Origin: an uncultured Trueperaceae bacterium
GTDB taxonomy: Bacteria; Deinococcota; Deinococci; Deinococcales; Trueperaceae
Assembly (NCBI GenBank): GCA_963727505.1
Contig: CAVSGP010000004.1
Coordinates: 672,001-736,000, forward strand
Reading direction: 5' to 3'
Length of the DNA stretch: 64,000 nt
A program made the translations under genes and the position numbers. Below the pieces are notes generated by a model, which worked only from the letters and a program-made list of their open reading frames with translations, searched no databases and was not told where the DNA came from. Positions 9,903 through 23,961 of this stretch are shown here, piece by piece; the stretch's first letter is position 1; each line of letters opens with the position of its first letter.

Positions 9903-10877
9903 TCAGGGTCGCAGGGCGAAGCGCAGGGCATCGGCCAGCCCATCGCGCCAGTTCGTCCAGTTGTGCCCCGCGTGGCGCTCGACATAGGCGTGCTCGACCC
10001 CGTGCGCCTCCAGCGCCCGGGCGGCGCGCCGGTTCACATCGGTGAGCCACTCCAACGTTCCGCAGGCGGCGTACCAGCGCAGCTTGCCGGCCCCGCCTTC
10101 CTCGATCGTCCGCGCCACCCACGAGCGCTCGCTGCGGTAGAAGTCCCGGTCGTCGGGATGCCCGAGGAACGCGCCGGAGAACGTCACCACGCCGCTCACC
10201 AGGTCGGGACGCTCGAGAGCCAGCGTGGCGCTGAACAGGCCTCCGAGGCTGGCGCCCAGGGCCACCAGCTCCCCGGTGGAAGGGTACCGGCGCCTCAGCT
10301 CGCCGAGCAGCTCGCGCTCGACGAAGCTGCGGTAACCCGGATGGAAGGCGTACTCGCGTGAGCGCTCCACCGGTTCCACGAACGCGACGCGCGCGGGGCG
10401 CGCCTCACCGGCCGCCACCAGCGCGGCCAGGACGTCGGCCAGCCGCGCCAGCCGGTAGAAGGCCACCCCGTCCTGCACCAGCAGCCAGGGGAGCTCCGCC
10501 TCCTCGAAGCCGGCGGGGGTCGCGACGATCACGCGGCGCTGCTGGTGGAGCTCCGCGCTCGCCACGCGCAGCCGGTCCACCGCCGCCGGCTCGGGCGGCT
10601 CGGGCGGATCCGCCAGGGCGTCGGGGCGATAGGCCGGGCCGGTCAAGGCGCTGACCTCCCTGTACCAGGGATTCTCGGCGCGCCGTGGGTTCGCCGGATC
10701 GGCGCGCATCCTGCCTTCTGCGTCGAGGAAGGCGTACTCGAAGTAGACGTCGTCGGGCAGCTCGAAGGTGAGCGGCGAGGAGCGTTCCGGGTCGACCGGC
10801 TGCGGGGAGCGGCCCATGTCGGTGAGGTCGGAGGCGAAGCGCTTCGCCCACGGGGGAAGGTCGAGCGTGACCTGCAT
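9903..10877 (-). CDS. Putative esterase (Fes/enterochelin-esterase-like alpha/beta hydrolase)
   Basis: GASLGG nucleophile elbow; GHNWTNW; ATG 7 nt after TACACT. Confidence 0.8.
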   Translation of the reverse strand: MQVTLDLPPWAKRFASDLTDMGRSPQPVDPERSSPLTFELPDDVYFEYAFLDAEGRMRADPANPRRAENPWYREVSALTGPAYRPDALADPPEPPEPAAVDRLRVASAELHQQRRVIVATPAGFEEAELPWLLVQDGVAFYRLARLADVLAALVAAGEARPARVAFVEPVERSREYAFHPGYRSFVERELLGELRRRYPSTGELVALGASLGGLFSATLALERPDLVSGVVTFSGAFLGHPDDRDFYRSERSWVARTIEEGGAGKLRWYAACGTLEWLTDVNRRAARALEAHGVEHAYVERHAGHNWTNWRDGLADALRFALRP

Positions 10878-10965
10878 GGCGTCGAGTGTACCCGCGTCCC
10901 GAAGCCTCGCAGGACTTCCCGGCTGCGCCTTCGACGCCGAGCGGGGCCCTGGTAGACTCTCCGCC

Positions 10966-12135
10966 ATGGCCGCACACCCCTACGACACCCTCTCGCTGGA
11001 AACGCTCCGGCTACGTGCCAACGCCAAGTGGACACGCTTCGGGCCCGACGTCCTGCCACTGTGGGTAGCGGAGATGGACTTCCCCGTTGCCGACGCCGTC
11101 AGGGACGCGATTGCCGCGCAGGCCGTCGACAACCTCGGCTACGGTCTCGCGCATGGCCTGCCCGGCCTCGTCGAGGCGATGCAGGAACGCTTCGACCGTC
11201 GCTACGGCATGCGGCCGGACGCCGACGGCGTCCGGTTGCTCGGGAGCACCGTGCAGGGCCTCTACCTCGCCTCGCTGGCGTTCGCCGGGCCGGGCGACGA
11301 GGCGCTGCTGCTGACCCCGCTCTACCCTCCGTTCCGCGCCGCCCTGGAGAACACCGGCCGTGTCCCGGTGGACGTACCGATGATCGACGGGGCGGAGGGC
11401 TACGCCATCGATTTCGATGCCCTGGAGGCCGCCGTCACACCTGCCACGCGCTTGCTGATGCTGTGCAACCCGCACAACCCGGTTGGCCGCATGTTCCGGC
11501 TCGACGAGCTCGAGCGCCTCGCCGAGCTCGCCTTGAGGCACAACCTGTGGGTGATCTCCGACGAGCTGCACGCCGACCTCGCCTTCACAGGGACGCACCG
11601 TCCGATCGCGGGCCTCGGATCCGAGATCGCCCGGCGCACGCTCACGCTCTACGGCCCGACCAAGGCCTTCAACATCCCCGGGCTCAAGATCAGCTTCGCG
11701 TTCAGCGCCAACCCCGCCATGTTGGAGCGCATCGCCCACCACGCGCGCGGTGTGGCGCCGGGTCCCAACGTGCTGGGGCAGGCTGCCACCCTCGGGGCGT
11801 ACAACGGCGGGGACGCCTGGTTCGAGACCACCCTGGCGTACCTGCGGGCCAACCGCGATCACGTGGCCCGCCGCGTTGCCTCCGACCTCCCCGGTGTGCG
11901 CATGCACGCCCCGGAGGGCACCTACCTGGCGTGGCTCGACTTCAGGGCCACGGGCCTGGGCGACGATCCCGGGAGCGTACTGCGCGAGGAGGCTGGTGTC
12001 GGGCTCAATAGCGGGCATTCCTTCGGCAAGGGCGGCGAGGGCTTCGCACGCCTGAACTTCGCCACCAGCCGCGCCGTCGTCGACGAGGGGATGGATCGCA
12101 TCGCCGCGCGTCTCGCCTCCGGGGGCGCCGCCTGA
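10966..12135 (+). CDS. PatB/MalY family PLP-dependent C-S lyase
   Basis: LPLWVAEMDF, LCNPHNPVG, SDELHAD, PTKAFNIPG and EGTYLAWLD motifs. Confidence 0.9.
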   Translation: MAAHPYDTLSLETLRLRANAKWTRFGPDVLPLWVAEMDFPVADAVRDAIAAQAVDNLGYGLAHGLPGLVEAMQERFDRRYGMRPDADGVRLLGSTVQGLYLASLAFAGPGDEALLLTPLYPPFRAALENTGRVPVDVPMIDGAEGYAIDFDALEAAVTPATRLLMLCNPHNPVGRMFRLDELERLAELALRHNLWVISDELHADLAFTGTHRPIAGLGSEIARRTLTLYGPTKAFNIPGLKISFAFSANPAMLERIAHHARGVAPGPNVLGQAATLGAYNGGDAWFETTLAYLRANRDHVARRVASDLPGVRMHAPEGTYLAWLDFRATGLGDDPGSVLREEAGVGLNSGHSFGKGGEGFARLNFATSRAVVDEGMDRIAARLASGGAA

Positions 12136-12836
12136 ACCGCCCCGTACCGGGAGGGCCGCCACCACGCTTCTACCCTCCCGAGCTCGCGGACTGTCGCCTG
12201 TGCCCGCGCCTGGCCGCGTGGCGAGAGGAGGTCGGTCGCGTCAAGCGCCGCGCCTACGCCGACCGGACCTACTGGGCCAGGCCGGTGCCGGGCTTCGGCG
12301 ACCCCGATGCCTCCCTCCTGCTGCTGGGGCTGGCGCCGGGCGCTCACGGCTCGAACAGGACCGGGCGCATGTTCACCGGCGACGCCAGCGGCGCCTTCCT
12401 CTTCCCCGCACTGCACCGGGCTGGGCTCGCCTCGAGGCCCGACGGGAGCGAGGCCGATGACGGCATGACGCTGCGCGGGATGTGGATCACCGCCGCGCTG
12501 CGCTGCGTGCCGCCCGGCAACAAACCTCGCCGTGACGAGCTGGCAAACTGCCGTCCGTGGTTGCAGCACGACCTCGAGAGGCTGCCGCACCTTCGCGCGG
12601 TGGTGGCGCTGGGGCGGATCGCGCACGACAGCTACCTCGATCTGCTGCGTGCCGGGGGCGCCTCCATCGTCAAGGCGCACCACCCCTTCGCCCACGGCGC
12701 CGAGCACCACCTCGAGGGTGGGCTGCCGCTGCTGGACACCTATCACGTGAGCTTCCAGAACACCAACACCGGCCGGCTCACCCCCGCCATGTTCGACGCG
12801 GTGCTGGCGCGTGCCAAGGAGCTCGGCGGGTGGTGA
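12132..12836 (+). CDS. Uracil-DNA glycosylase, family 5 (UdgB-like, Fe-S); probable CTG start
   Basis: CRLCPRL, YWARPVPGFGD, GLAPGAHGSNRTGRMFTGD and YHVSFQNTNTG; the conserved N-terminus lies upstream of the first ATG/GTG/TTG. Confidence 0.85.
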   Translation: MNRPVPGGPPPRFYPPELADCRLCPRLAAWREEVGRVKRRAYADRTYWARPVPGFGDPDASLLLLGLAPGAHGSNRTGRMFTGDASGAFLFPALHRAGLASRPDGSEADDGMTLRGMWITAALRCVPPGNKPRRDELANCRPWLQHDLERLPHLRAVVALGRIAHDSYLDLLRAGGASIVKAHHPFAHGAEHHLEGGLPLLDTYHVSFQNTNTGRLTPAMFDAVLARAKELGGW

Positions 12837-12888
12837 GGGCGGTGGACGCAGCACGCTGCCCGTACGCCCTGCGCGATAGAGTCGCGCC

Positions 12889-14040
<1,152 letters not shown>

Positions 14041-14073
14041 GAGGGCTGCGTCCCGGGCCGGCCGCTCCGCGTC

Positions 14074-14940
14074 TCAGGCTCGCGTCTCGTCGCCGAGCGC
14101 GGCCAGGCGCTCGTTCAGCCAAGCCAGGAGGTCGCCCCGCACGGTGTCCCGATCGAGATCGTTGAAGAGTTCGTGGTACCCCCCAGGGTAGGACCGCAGC
14201 GTCACGTCCTCGGACCCGATCATCGACGCCAGCTCGCGGCTGGCCTCGGGATCGTTGAGGCCGTCAGCTGCGCCGTGCATGATCAGCGTGGGCACCTGCA
14301 GCGCGGGCGCGCGCTCCAGCAACGGCGGTCCGGAGCGGACGAGCTCGTGTCCGATACGGGCCTTGATCCAGCCGTTGTAGACCAGGGGGTCGTTTCGGTA
14401 CGCCTCCACCTCCGCGGGATCGCGCGAGAGCACGGCGGCATCGAGCCGCTGCACGGGGAGCTGCGGTGCCAGGCGCGCCAGGCCCGAGGCCAGCCCGGTC
14501 AGCCAGGCCGGCGGCGGCACGGTGGGTCGCACGAAGGGAGCGCTGAGGACCAGCAGGTTCACCCGGTCGGGGTGTTCCAGGGCGAACCGCAGCGCGATGG
14601 TGCCCCCCATGCTGTGCCCCAGCAGCAGCCGCGGAAGGTCGGGGCGCTCCGCCCGAACGCGCTCGCTCAGGCGCAGTACGTCCTCGATGTAGTCCGCGAA
14701 GATGCGCACGTCGGCGCGCCGACCCGGGCTGCGGCCGTGCCCACGCAGGTCGATGGCCCAGGGCTCGATGCCGGCCGAGACCAGGGTGCTCGCGAGCTCC
14801 TGGTAGCGACCGGTGTGCTCGGCGTACCCGTGCACCAGCAGGCAGGTGGCGCGGGGCGCCTGGACGGGCCAGCGGAAGAGCGCAAGCTCGAGGGCGTCGC
14901 GGGTACCGAGCGTGCCGGTCTCGGGGACCACCGGCCTCAC
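14074..14940 (-). CDS. Lysophospholipase/monoacylglycerol lipase-like alpha/beta hydrolase
   Basis: HGYAEHTGRY, DLRGHG, GHSMGG and YHELFN; GTGA overlap with purS. Confidence 0.88.
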   Translation of the reverse strand: MRPVVPETGTLGTRDALELALFRWPVQAPRATCLLVHGYAEHTGRYQELASTLVSAGIEPWAIDLRGHGRSPGRRADVRIFADYIEDVLRLSERVRAERPDLPRLLLGHSMGGTIALRFALEHPDRVNLLVLSAPFVRPTVPPPAWLTGLASGLARLAPQLPVQRLDAAVLSRDPAEVEAYRNDPLVYNGWIKARIGHELVRSGPPLLERAPALQVPTLIMHGAADGLNDPEASRELASMIGSEDVTLRSYPGGYHELFNDLDRDTVRGDLLAWLNERLAALGDETRA

Positions 14941-15190
14941 ACCTCCTCGAGCGTGACCTCGACGTCCTCCATCACGGGGTTGGACAGGACCTTCTCGGCG
15001 ATCTCACGGAGCTGCCGCTCCACCTCGGCGCGCTCGCCCTCGAGCACCAGTTCGATGCGCTTGCCGACGCGCACGCCCGAGACGTTCTCGTTGCCCAGGC
15101 GCCGCAGCGTCGCCTCCACCGCCCTGCCCTGGGGGTCGAGGATGGAGCGCTTGAGCAGCACGTCGACGATCGCACGGTAGGCGGGCACGC

Positions 15191-15194
<4 letters not shown>
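14937..15194 (-). CDS. purS: Phosphoribosylformylglycinamidine synthase subunit PurS
   Basis: [15 protein letters not shown] and LSNPVME; follows purC. Confidence 0.93.
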
Positions 15195-15949
<755 letters not shown>

Positions 15950-16021
15950 GCCCGGATGATAGCAGGTCGGCAGGGGCCGCCGAACGGGCTGCAGGCAGTC
16001 GCTCCGCGCCCCGAAGGGGCG

Positions 16022-17326
16022 CTACAGGCCGAAGCGCAGGTAGATGGCGTCGATGTGCCTCAGGTACCAGCCGGGATCGAAGGCCTCGTCGAGCTCGCCT
16101 GCGTCGAGGCGGTTGTCCGGATCGTCGGCGAGCAGCGACCGGAGGTGCGTGCCCTCGTCCCAGCTCCGCAGGCTGTTGCGCTGCACCACTTCGTAGGCGG
16201 CCTCGCGGCGCATCCCCTTGTCGATGAGCAGGTGGAGCACCCGTTGCGAGTACACCAGGCCGTGCAGCAGCTCCAGGTTGGCACCTAGGCGGTCCTCGTT
16301 GACCACGAGGTTGTGCAGCACGCCGGTGAGCCGGCGCACGGCGTAGCTGGCGAGCGTGGTGGAGTCGGGCAGGATGACGCGCTCGACGGCGCTGTGGCTG
16401 ATGTCGCGCTCGTGCCACAGCGCCACGTTCTCCAGCGCGGCCTGCAGGTTCGCGCGCAACAGGCGCGCCACCCCGGTGAGGTTCTCGCTGGCGATGGGGT
16501 TCTTCTTGTGCGGCATGCTCGAGCTGCCGGTCTGCCCCTTGCCGAAGCCCTCCTGGGCCTCGCGCACCTCGCTGCGCTGCAGATGCCGGATCTCCAGCGC
16601 GACGCGCTCCACGGTGGTGCCGAGGATGGCCAGCGCGCTCATCAGCTCGGCATGGCGGTCGCGGGCCACGGTCTGGTTGGTGACCGGATCGACGGCGAGC
16701 CCCAGCCGCTCGGCGACGCGCGCCTCGACCTCCGGGGGCACGTGGGCGTAGGTACCCACCGAGCCTGACAGCATGGCCACCGAGATGGTCTCGTGCGCCC
16801 GCCGCAGGCGCGCCTCGTCGCGCTGAAGCGCGGCCAGGAAGTTCAGGAACTTCAAGCCGAACGTCATGGGCTCGGCGTGGATGCCGTGCGTGCGTCCCAC
16901 GCTGGGGGTGTGCTTGTAGCGCACGGCCTTCTCGCGTAGCGCCTCGGACAGCGCCGACACGTCGGCCAGCACGATGTCCAGCGCCTCGCGCAACAACAGG
17001 TTCTGGGCCGTGTCGACCACGTCGGTGCTGGTGAGGCCCTGATGCAGGAACCGCGCTGGATCCCCCACGCGCTCGGCGACCGCGCGGGTGAACGCCACGA
17101 TGTCGTGTCGCGTGACCGCCTCGATCTCCTCGACCCGGTCGGCGAAGGCGTCATCGAGGGGGTGCTCGGCCAGGGCCCGGTCGATGGCCTGCGCGGTGCC
17201 GGCCGGCACCGCGCCCAGCGCCTCCCAGGCCTCGGTCGCCGCGAGCTCGACCTGCAGCCACGCTCGGTACCGGGCCGCGCCGCCCCACAGACGGCGCATC
17301 TCGGGCGTCGAGTAGCGATCGATCAT
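16022..17326 (-). CDS. purB: Adenylosuccinate lyase
   Basis: MIDRYS start, GRTHGIHAEP, GSSSMPHKKNP and WHERDISHS; ATG 7 nt after TAGCGT. Confidence 0.95.
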   Translation of the reverse strand: MIDRYSTPEMRRLWGGAARYRAWLQVELAATEAWEALGAVPAGTAQAIDRALAEHPLDDAFADRVEEIEAVTRHDIVAFTRAVAERVGDPARFLHQGLTSTDVVDTAQNLLLREALDIVLADVSALSEALREKAVRYKHTPSVGRTHGIHAEPMTFGLKFLNFLAALQRDEARLRRAHETISVAMLSGSVGTYAHVPPEVEARVAERLGLAVDPVTNQTVARDRHAELMSALAILGTTVERVALEIRHLQRSEVREAQEGFGKGQTGSSSMPHKKNPIASENLTGVARLLRANLQAALENVALWHERDISHSAVERVILPDSTTLASYAVRRLTGVLHNLVVNEDRLGANLELLHGLVYSQRVLHLLIDKGMRREAAYEVVQRNSLRSWDEGTHLRSLLADDPDNRLDAGELDEAFDPGWYLRHIDAIYLRFGL

Positions 17327-17389
17327 GATCCGAACGCTACCACGGCCCCGTGGCACACCCGGACCCCGCGCCGCCGGTATGCTTGGCCC

Positions 17390-17713
17390 ATGGATCGACG
17401 TCCCTGGGCCCTGGTCGCCGGCCTCGCCGTACTGGTGGTGGTGGCGCTGGCGATGAGCAATCCCGACAAGAAGGCGTTCGCCGCGGCGTATGCCGACCAG
17501 CTGAACAACCAGGTGGTCAGCGCCTCGGACCCCATCGGCAGGCTGCTCGGGGGCCTCACGCAGAACGCCATCGAGGCCGCGCTCGAGTCCCAGGCGCGCC
17601 GCAAGAACTACCTGGTCGCGAGCGTCTACACCGTGCCCATGGCGGGCCCTGACCTGCGCGTGCTCGGCATCCTGGGGCGCTTCGTCACCCTGCAGACGCC
17701 TTCTTCGAACTGA
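17390..17713 (+). CDS. Small membrane-anchored/secreted protein (DUF4359-like)
   Basis: Hydrophobic N-terminus, SNP motif, RKNYLVASVY...LGILGRF; ATG 6 nt after TATGCT. Confidence 0.65.
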   Translation: MDRRPWALVAGLAVLVVVALAMSNPDKKAFAAAYADQLNNQVVSASDPIGRLLGGLTQNAIEAALESQARRKNYLVASVYTVPMAGPDLRVLGILGRFVTLQTPSSN

Positions 17714-17950
17714 CGGCCCGAGCGCGGGCGCGGGCGCTCGGCGCGGCACGGCGACGCGGACGCCTGCCCAGACTCGGCAACGGAGCCTCGAATGCCGCGC
17801 TGGACGGCGCTCGAGCCCCCACGAGCGGTTTGCGCAGGGGGCGCGCCGGATGGTAGAGTCGTGCGTTGGCCCGATGCCGGTTGACGCCGCCCCTGAGCCG
17901 GTTTCTGGAGCGGTTCCTGGCGCACGGCCGCGTCCACGAGGAGGCAACCC

Positions 17951-20419
<2,469 letters not shown>

Positions 20420-20504
20420 GCGCACGGGGTCGCGTTGGCGCGTCCCTTCCCTGGTGTCCGGACGCTCGCAGGGGCACGGAACGCGCCAGGGCCGGCGCGA
20501 GGAC

Positions 20505-21455
20505 GTGAGCGAGGAACCGCTCGCTGCCACGAGGCCGGCCGTGCTGCTCGACTGCGATCCCGGGCATGACGACGCGCTGGCGATCCTGCTGGCGGGTGCC
20601 ACCACCGAGTTGGTCGGCGTGAGTGTGGTGAGCGGCAACGCGCCGCTCGACAAGACGCTCCGGAACGCGTTGGGGGTGGTGCAGCTCGCCGGGCTCGAGG
20701 TGCCGGTGCACGCCGGCGCGACGCGACCGCTGGTGGCCGAGCCCCGCCACGCCGCCTTCATCCACGGGGAGAGCGGTCTCGACGGCCCGGAGTTGCCTCC
20801 CCTGACGCGTCGGGCGGCGTCCGGCACGGCGGTACGTTTCCTGCTGGAGAGCGCCGAGGCGCGCGACGACCTGTGGCTGGTGGCCACCGGTCCCCTGACC
20901 AACGTGGCGCTCGCCCTGCGAGAGGAGCCCGGGCTGGCCCAACGGCTGCGGGGCATCAGCCTGATGGGCGGCAGCTACGGGCCCGGCAACGTCACTCCCA
21001 CCGCTGAGTTCAACATCGTGGCCGACCCCGAGGCCGCCGCCGTGGTCTTCACCTCGGGAGCGCGGGTGGTGATGGCGGGGCTCGACCTCACGCACCGCTT
21101 CCGCATGAACCCCTCCCGGGTGGAGGCCATGCGCACGCTCGGCAACCGCCCCGCCACGTTCGCCGCCGAGCTCCTGGAGGCCTACGGCGCCGCCTACGCC
21201 CGCAGCTTCGGGCCGGAGGTGGGCGTTCCCCTCCACGACCCGTGCGCGGTGCTGGCAGTAACGCATCGAGAGATGTTCGCATCCGAGGAGCGCCACGTCG
21301 AGGTCGAGCTGAGGGGGAACCTGACGCGCGGCATGACGGTCGTCGATCGGCGCGACGGCGGCCGCGGCGCGGCGCCCAACACCGAGGTGCTCACCGACCT
21401 CGACGACGAGCGCGCCTTCGAGGCGCTGCATGCCGCGCTCGCTAGCTACCCCTAG
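20505..21455 (+). CDS. Inosine/uridine-preferring nucleoside hydrolase
   Basis: DCDPGHDD, HGESGLDG, GNVTPTAEFN and LHDPCA. Confidence 0.92.
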   Translation: MSEEPLAATRPAVLLDCDPGHDDALAILLAGATTELVGVSVVSGNAPLDKTLRNALGVVQLAGLEVPVHAGATRPLVAEPRHAAFIHGESGLDGPELPPLTRRAASGTAVRFLLESAEARDDLWLVATGPLTNVALALREEPGLAQRLRGISLMGGSYGPGNVTPTAEFNIVADPEAAAVVFTSGARVVMAGLDLTHRFRMNPSRVEAMRTLGNRPATFAAELLEAYGAAYARSFGPEVGVPLHDPCAVLAVTHREMFASEERHVEVELRGNLTRGMTVVDRRDGGRGAAPNTEVLTDLDDERAFEALHAALASYP

Positions 21456-21512
21456 CGTGCACGGCGCGGCGCGCCTTGTGTAGAGTGACGGGAGAGGCCC
21501 GGTCGAGGACCC

Positions 21513-22193
21513 ATGATCCAGTTCCACCACGTCACCAAGACCTACCCACGGACGCACACCCATGCCCTCTGGGACGTGGATTTCCAGGTTCGCAAGGGGG
21601 AGTTCGCCTACATCACGGGGCACTCCGGCGCGGGGAAGTCGACGCTGCTGGCGCTGCTGCTCCGTCGCATCGCGCCCACCGAGGGGCACGTCTACGTCGA
21701 CGGTCAGGACGTCACGCGCCTGCGTGAGAGCCGTCTTCCCCACCTGCGCCGGAGCATTGGCATGGTCTTCCAGGACCACCGGCTGCTCGGACACCTGTCG
21801 GCCCTCGAGAACCTGGTGTTCGCGCTCCGCGCCACCGGCAACCGCGGCAACATGGAGCAGCGGGCCCTGCTGGTGCTACGGCAAGTCGGTCTGGCCCATA
21901 AGCGCAAGGCCTTCCCCATCGAGTTGAGCCTGGGCGAGCAGCAGCGCGTGGCCATCGCGCGGGCCATGGTGACGAGCCCGCCGTTGCTCCTGGCCGACGA
22001 GCCCACCGGCAATCTCGACCCCGACACCGCCATGGAGGTGCTCGAGCTCCTCAACGACGTCAACATCAAGGGCACCACCGTCATCGTGGCCACGCACTCG
22101 CGGGACCTGGTCGACCGCTTCAAGCGCCGCACGCTGGTGCTGCGCAACGGCGAGCTGGTGCGCGACGACGACCGCGGCGGCTACTCTCTCTGA
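21513..22193 (+). CDS. ftsE: Cell division ATP-binding protein FtsE
   Basis: [38 protein letters not shown] and [10 protein letters not shown]. Confidence 0.88.
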   Translation: MIQFHHVTKTYPRTHTHALWDVDFQVRKGEFAYITGHSGAGKSTLLALLLRRIAPTEGHVYVDGQDVTRLRESRLPHLRRSIGMVFQDHRLLGHLSALENLVFALRATGNRGNMEQRALLVLRQVGLAHKRKAFPIELSLGEQQRVAIARAMVTSPPLLLADEPTGNLDPDTAMEVLELLNDVNIKGTTVIVATHSRDLVDRFKRRTLVLRNGELVRDDDRGGYSL

Positions 22194-22220
22194 GGCCGCT
22201 CGCGCTGGTCCCGGGTCCGT

Positions 22221-22970
22221 TTACAAGGTGGTGACGGTGTAGTCGAGGCGTTCCTCGGAGAGGATCATCTCCAGGAACTGGAGCTGTCCGAGCGCGTCGA
22301 TCATGGCGAAGCCGCCGTCCTTGTCGATGTAGATGCCGTCCTTCATGACGGTGTGCCCGTACACGCCGAAGCGGTAGCCCGCCTGCTGCAGCAGCTCCGG
22401 CTTGTTGAACCACCAGGTCTTGGTGTCCGGGTCGTGATAGAAGAAGTCGTCGAAGACCTGCATGCCGGGGAGCGGCCCGGCATGCGCGAAGTGCACGCCG
22501 TAGAACACGCGCTCCCGCGCGAACGTCCGGAACCAGTCGGAGAGGTCGTCGGGAAGCTCGAGCCCTCCCCGTTCGGGATTGAACTCGTCGTGGCGCAACC
22601 CTCCGCGGGTGGTGAGCTCGTACTTGTGGTCGAGGGCCGCCTCGTCGTGGTTTCCCAGGATGATGGTGACGTTGCCCATCGCTTGATCCACGAAGCGCTT
22701 GAAGCGGTACAGCTCGCGAATCTGCGCCTTGGCAGCGCGCCGCAGGTGGTCCGGATCGCCGGGATCGTACGGCTCGGCGCCGACCGCATGGGCGTAGGCG
22801 CGCTCGTCCTTGTAGTGCACGAGGTCCCCTATGCACACCACCTGGTAGCGCCCCTCGATGACGGCCGGTGTGGGCTCGTAGGTCGGCGTGCAGGCGGCCG
22901 AGGCCTTGAGCACGCGCCACAGCTCCGGCCACTGGCCGTGCACGTCGCCCACGGCGATCGCCTTGATCAC
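22221..22970 (-). CDS. Calcineurin-like metallophosphoesterase
   Basis: GDVHG, IGDLVH, GNHD, HAG and GHT motifs. Confidence 0.88.
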   Translation of the reverse strand: MIKAIAVGDVHGQWPELWRVLKASAACTPTYEPTPAVIEGRYQVVCIGDLVHYKDERAYAHAVGAEPYDPGDPDHLRRAAKAQIRELYRFKRFVDQAMGNVTIILGNHDEAALDHKYELTTRGGLRHDEFNPERGGLELPDDLSDWFRTFARERVFYGVHFAHAGPLPGMQVFDDFFYHDPDTKTWWFNKPELLQQAGYRFGVYGHTVMKDGIYIDKDGGFAMIDALGQLQFLEMILSEERLDYTVTTL

Positions 22971-23833
22971 GAGGGCGCGCCCTTCTGCAGCAGCAGCGCT
23001 CGGAGCCTGCGGTACAGCTCGCGGGCCTCCTCGGCGGACCTACCGTAGCCTCCGTGCTCGACGACCAGGGCCGCGGCCTCGCGGCCGAGGCCTTCGGAGC
23101 GCAGGCGGTCGACCAGGCGCTCGATCGCCTGCTGGCCCTCGCTGCGGGCGGTCCCGGCACCAGCACCGGCGTCTGCCGCCGCGCCCTGGTCGGGCTCACG
23201 GTCGACATGCACGCCATCGACTGACGCGGCATCGAAGGACGCGGCATCGAAGGACGCACCTTCGAAGGATCCCTCCTCGCCGGCGTCGCCCGCTTCGCTC
23301 ACCGCCGTCGTCGCTGCGGAGGGAACGTCGTCCAGCATGGGAACGTCCCACACGCCAGCCGCCTCGGCGCCTGCATCGAGCGTCGCGTCGGGACCGACCG
23401 CAGGTTCGATCTCAGGTTCGATCGCGGACCCGGCCTCGGGCAGGAACACGGGCTCGCCGGCCTCGAGATCGAAGTCGACCCAGGCCGCGCGTGTGGTAGC
23501 CGGACGCAGCCCGCACAGGCCGGCCGCTCGTCCCAGCGCCCACGCACTCACCCGCTCCATGGCAAGCTCTCCAGCGAACGAGCGCGCCACGGCGCTCTTG
23601 TGCACGCCGAGCAGCGCCAGCTCGCACACCACCGCGTCCGGCCCGAGCGGGAGGAACCGTACGGACCAGCCATCGATACCGAGTACAGAATCCATACGCT
23701 CCACCACCGCCGCCTCGCTCACCACCGGCTCGAGGCGCGCCGTACTGCCCTCTCGATCGAGCTGGGCGACGCACCAATCGAGGGCGTGGGAGGGGAACGG
23801 TGCCGCGAGTCGAGCCCATTCGTCGCGCCGCAT
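22967..23833 (-). CDS. Rad52/Rad22-family (DdrA-like) ssDNA-annealing protein
   Basis: RLAAPFP...VVERMDSVLGIDGWS...VCELALLG N-terminal domain and DdrA-like C-terminus (LRSEGLG...GGYGRSAEEARELY); acidic linker. Confidence 0.7.
   Translation of the reverse strand: MRRDEWARLAAPFPSHALDWCVAQLDREGSTARLEPVVSEAAVVERMDSVLGIDGWSVRFLPLGPDAVVCELALLGVHKSAVARSFAGELAMERVSAWALGRAAGLCGLRPATTRAAWVDFDLEAGEPVFLPEAGSAIEPEIEPAVGPDATLDAGAEAAGVWDVPMLDDVPSAATTAVSEAGDAGEEGSFEGASFDAASFDAASVDGVHVDREPDQGAAADAGAGAGTARSEGQQAIERLVDRLRSEGLGREAAALVVEHGGYGRSAEEARELYRRLRALLLQKGAPS
23223..23267 (-). repeat. 15-bp coding tandem repeat (FEGAS/FDAAS units)
   Basis: GACGCGGCATCGAAG twice plus one variant. Confidence 0.7.
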
Positions 23834-23961
23834 CAGCGCAGTATACCAGCGCCATGGCCGCGCTCAGGATGAGGTTTTCCTCGTCCCGCAGGGCCCCGCT
23901 GCGCTCCGAACCCGTGCCGCCCACGTTCGCCGCCCGGTCGCACGTGCTGTAAGGTGGTGGC

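Noticed and set aside
17714..17950. DdrO/RDRM radiation-response operator upstream of gyrA (also checked before the DdrA-like gene)
   Set aside because: No AT-rich 17-bp palindrome of that type seen
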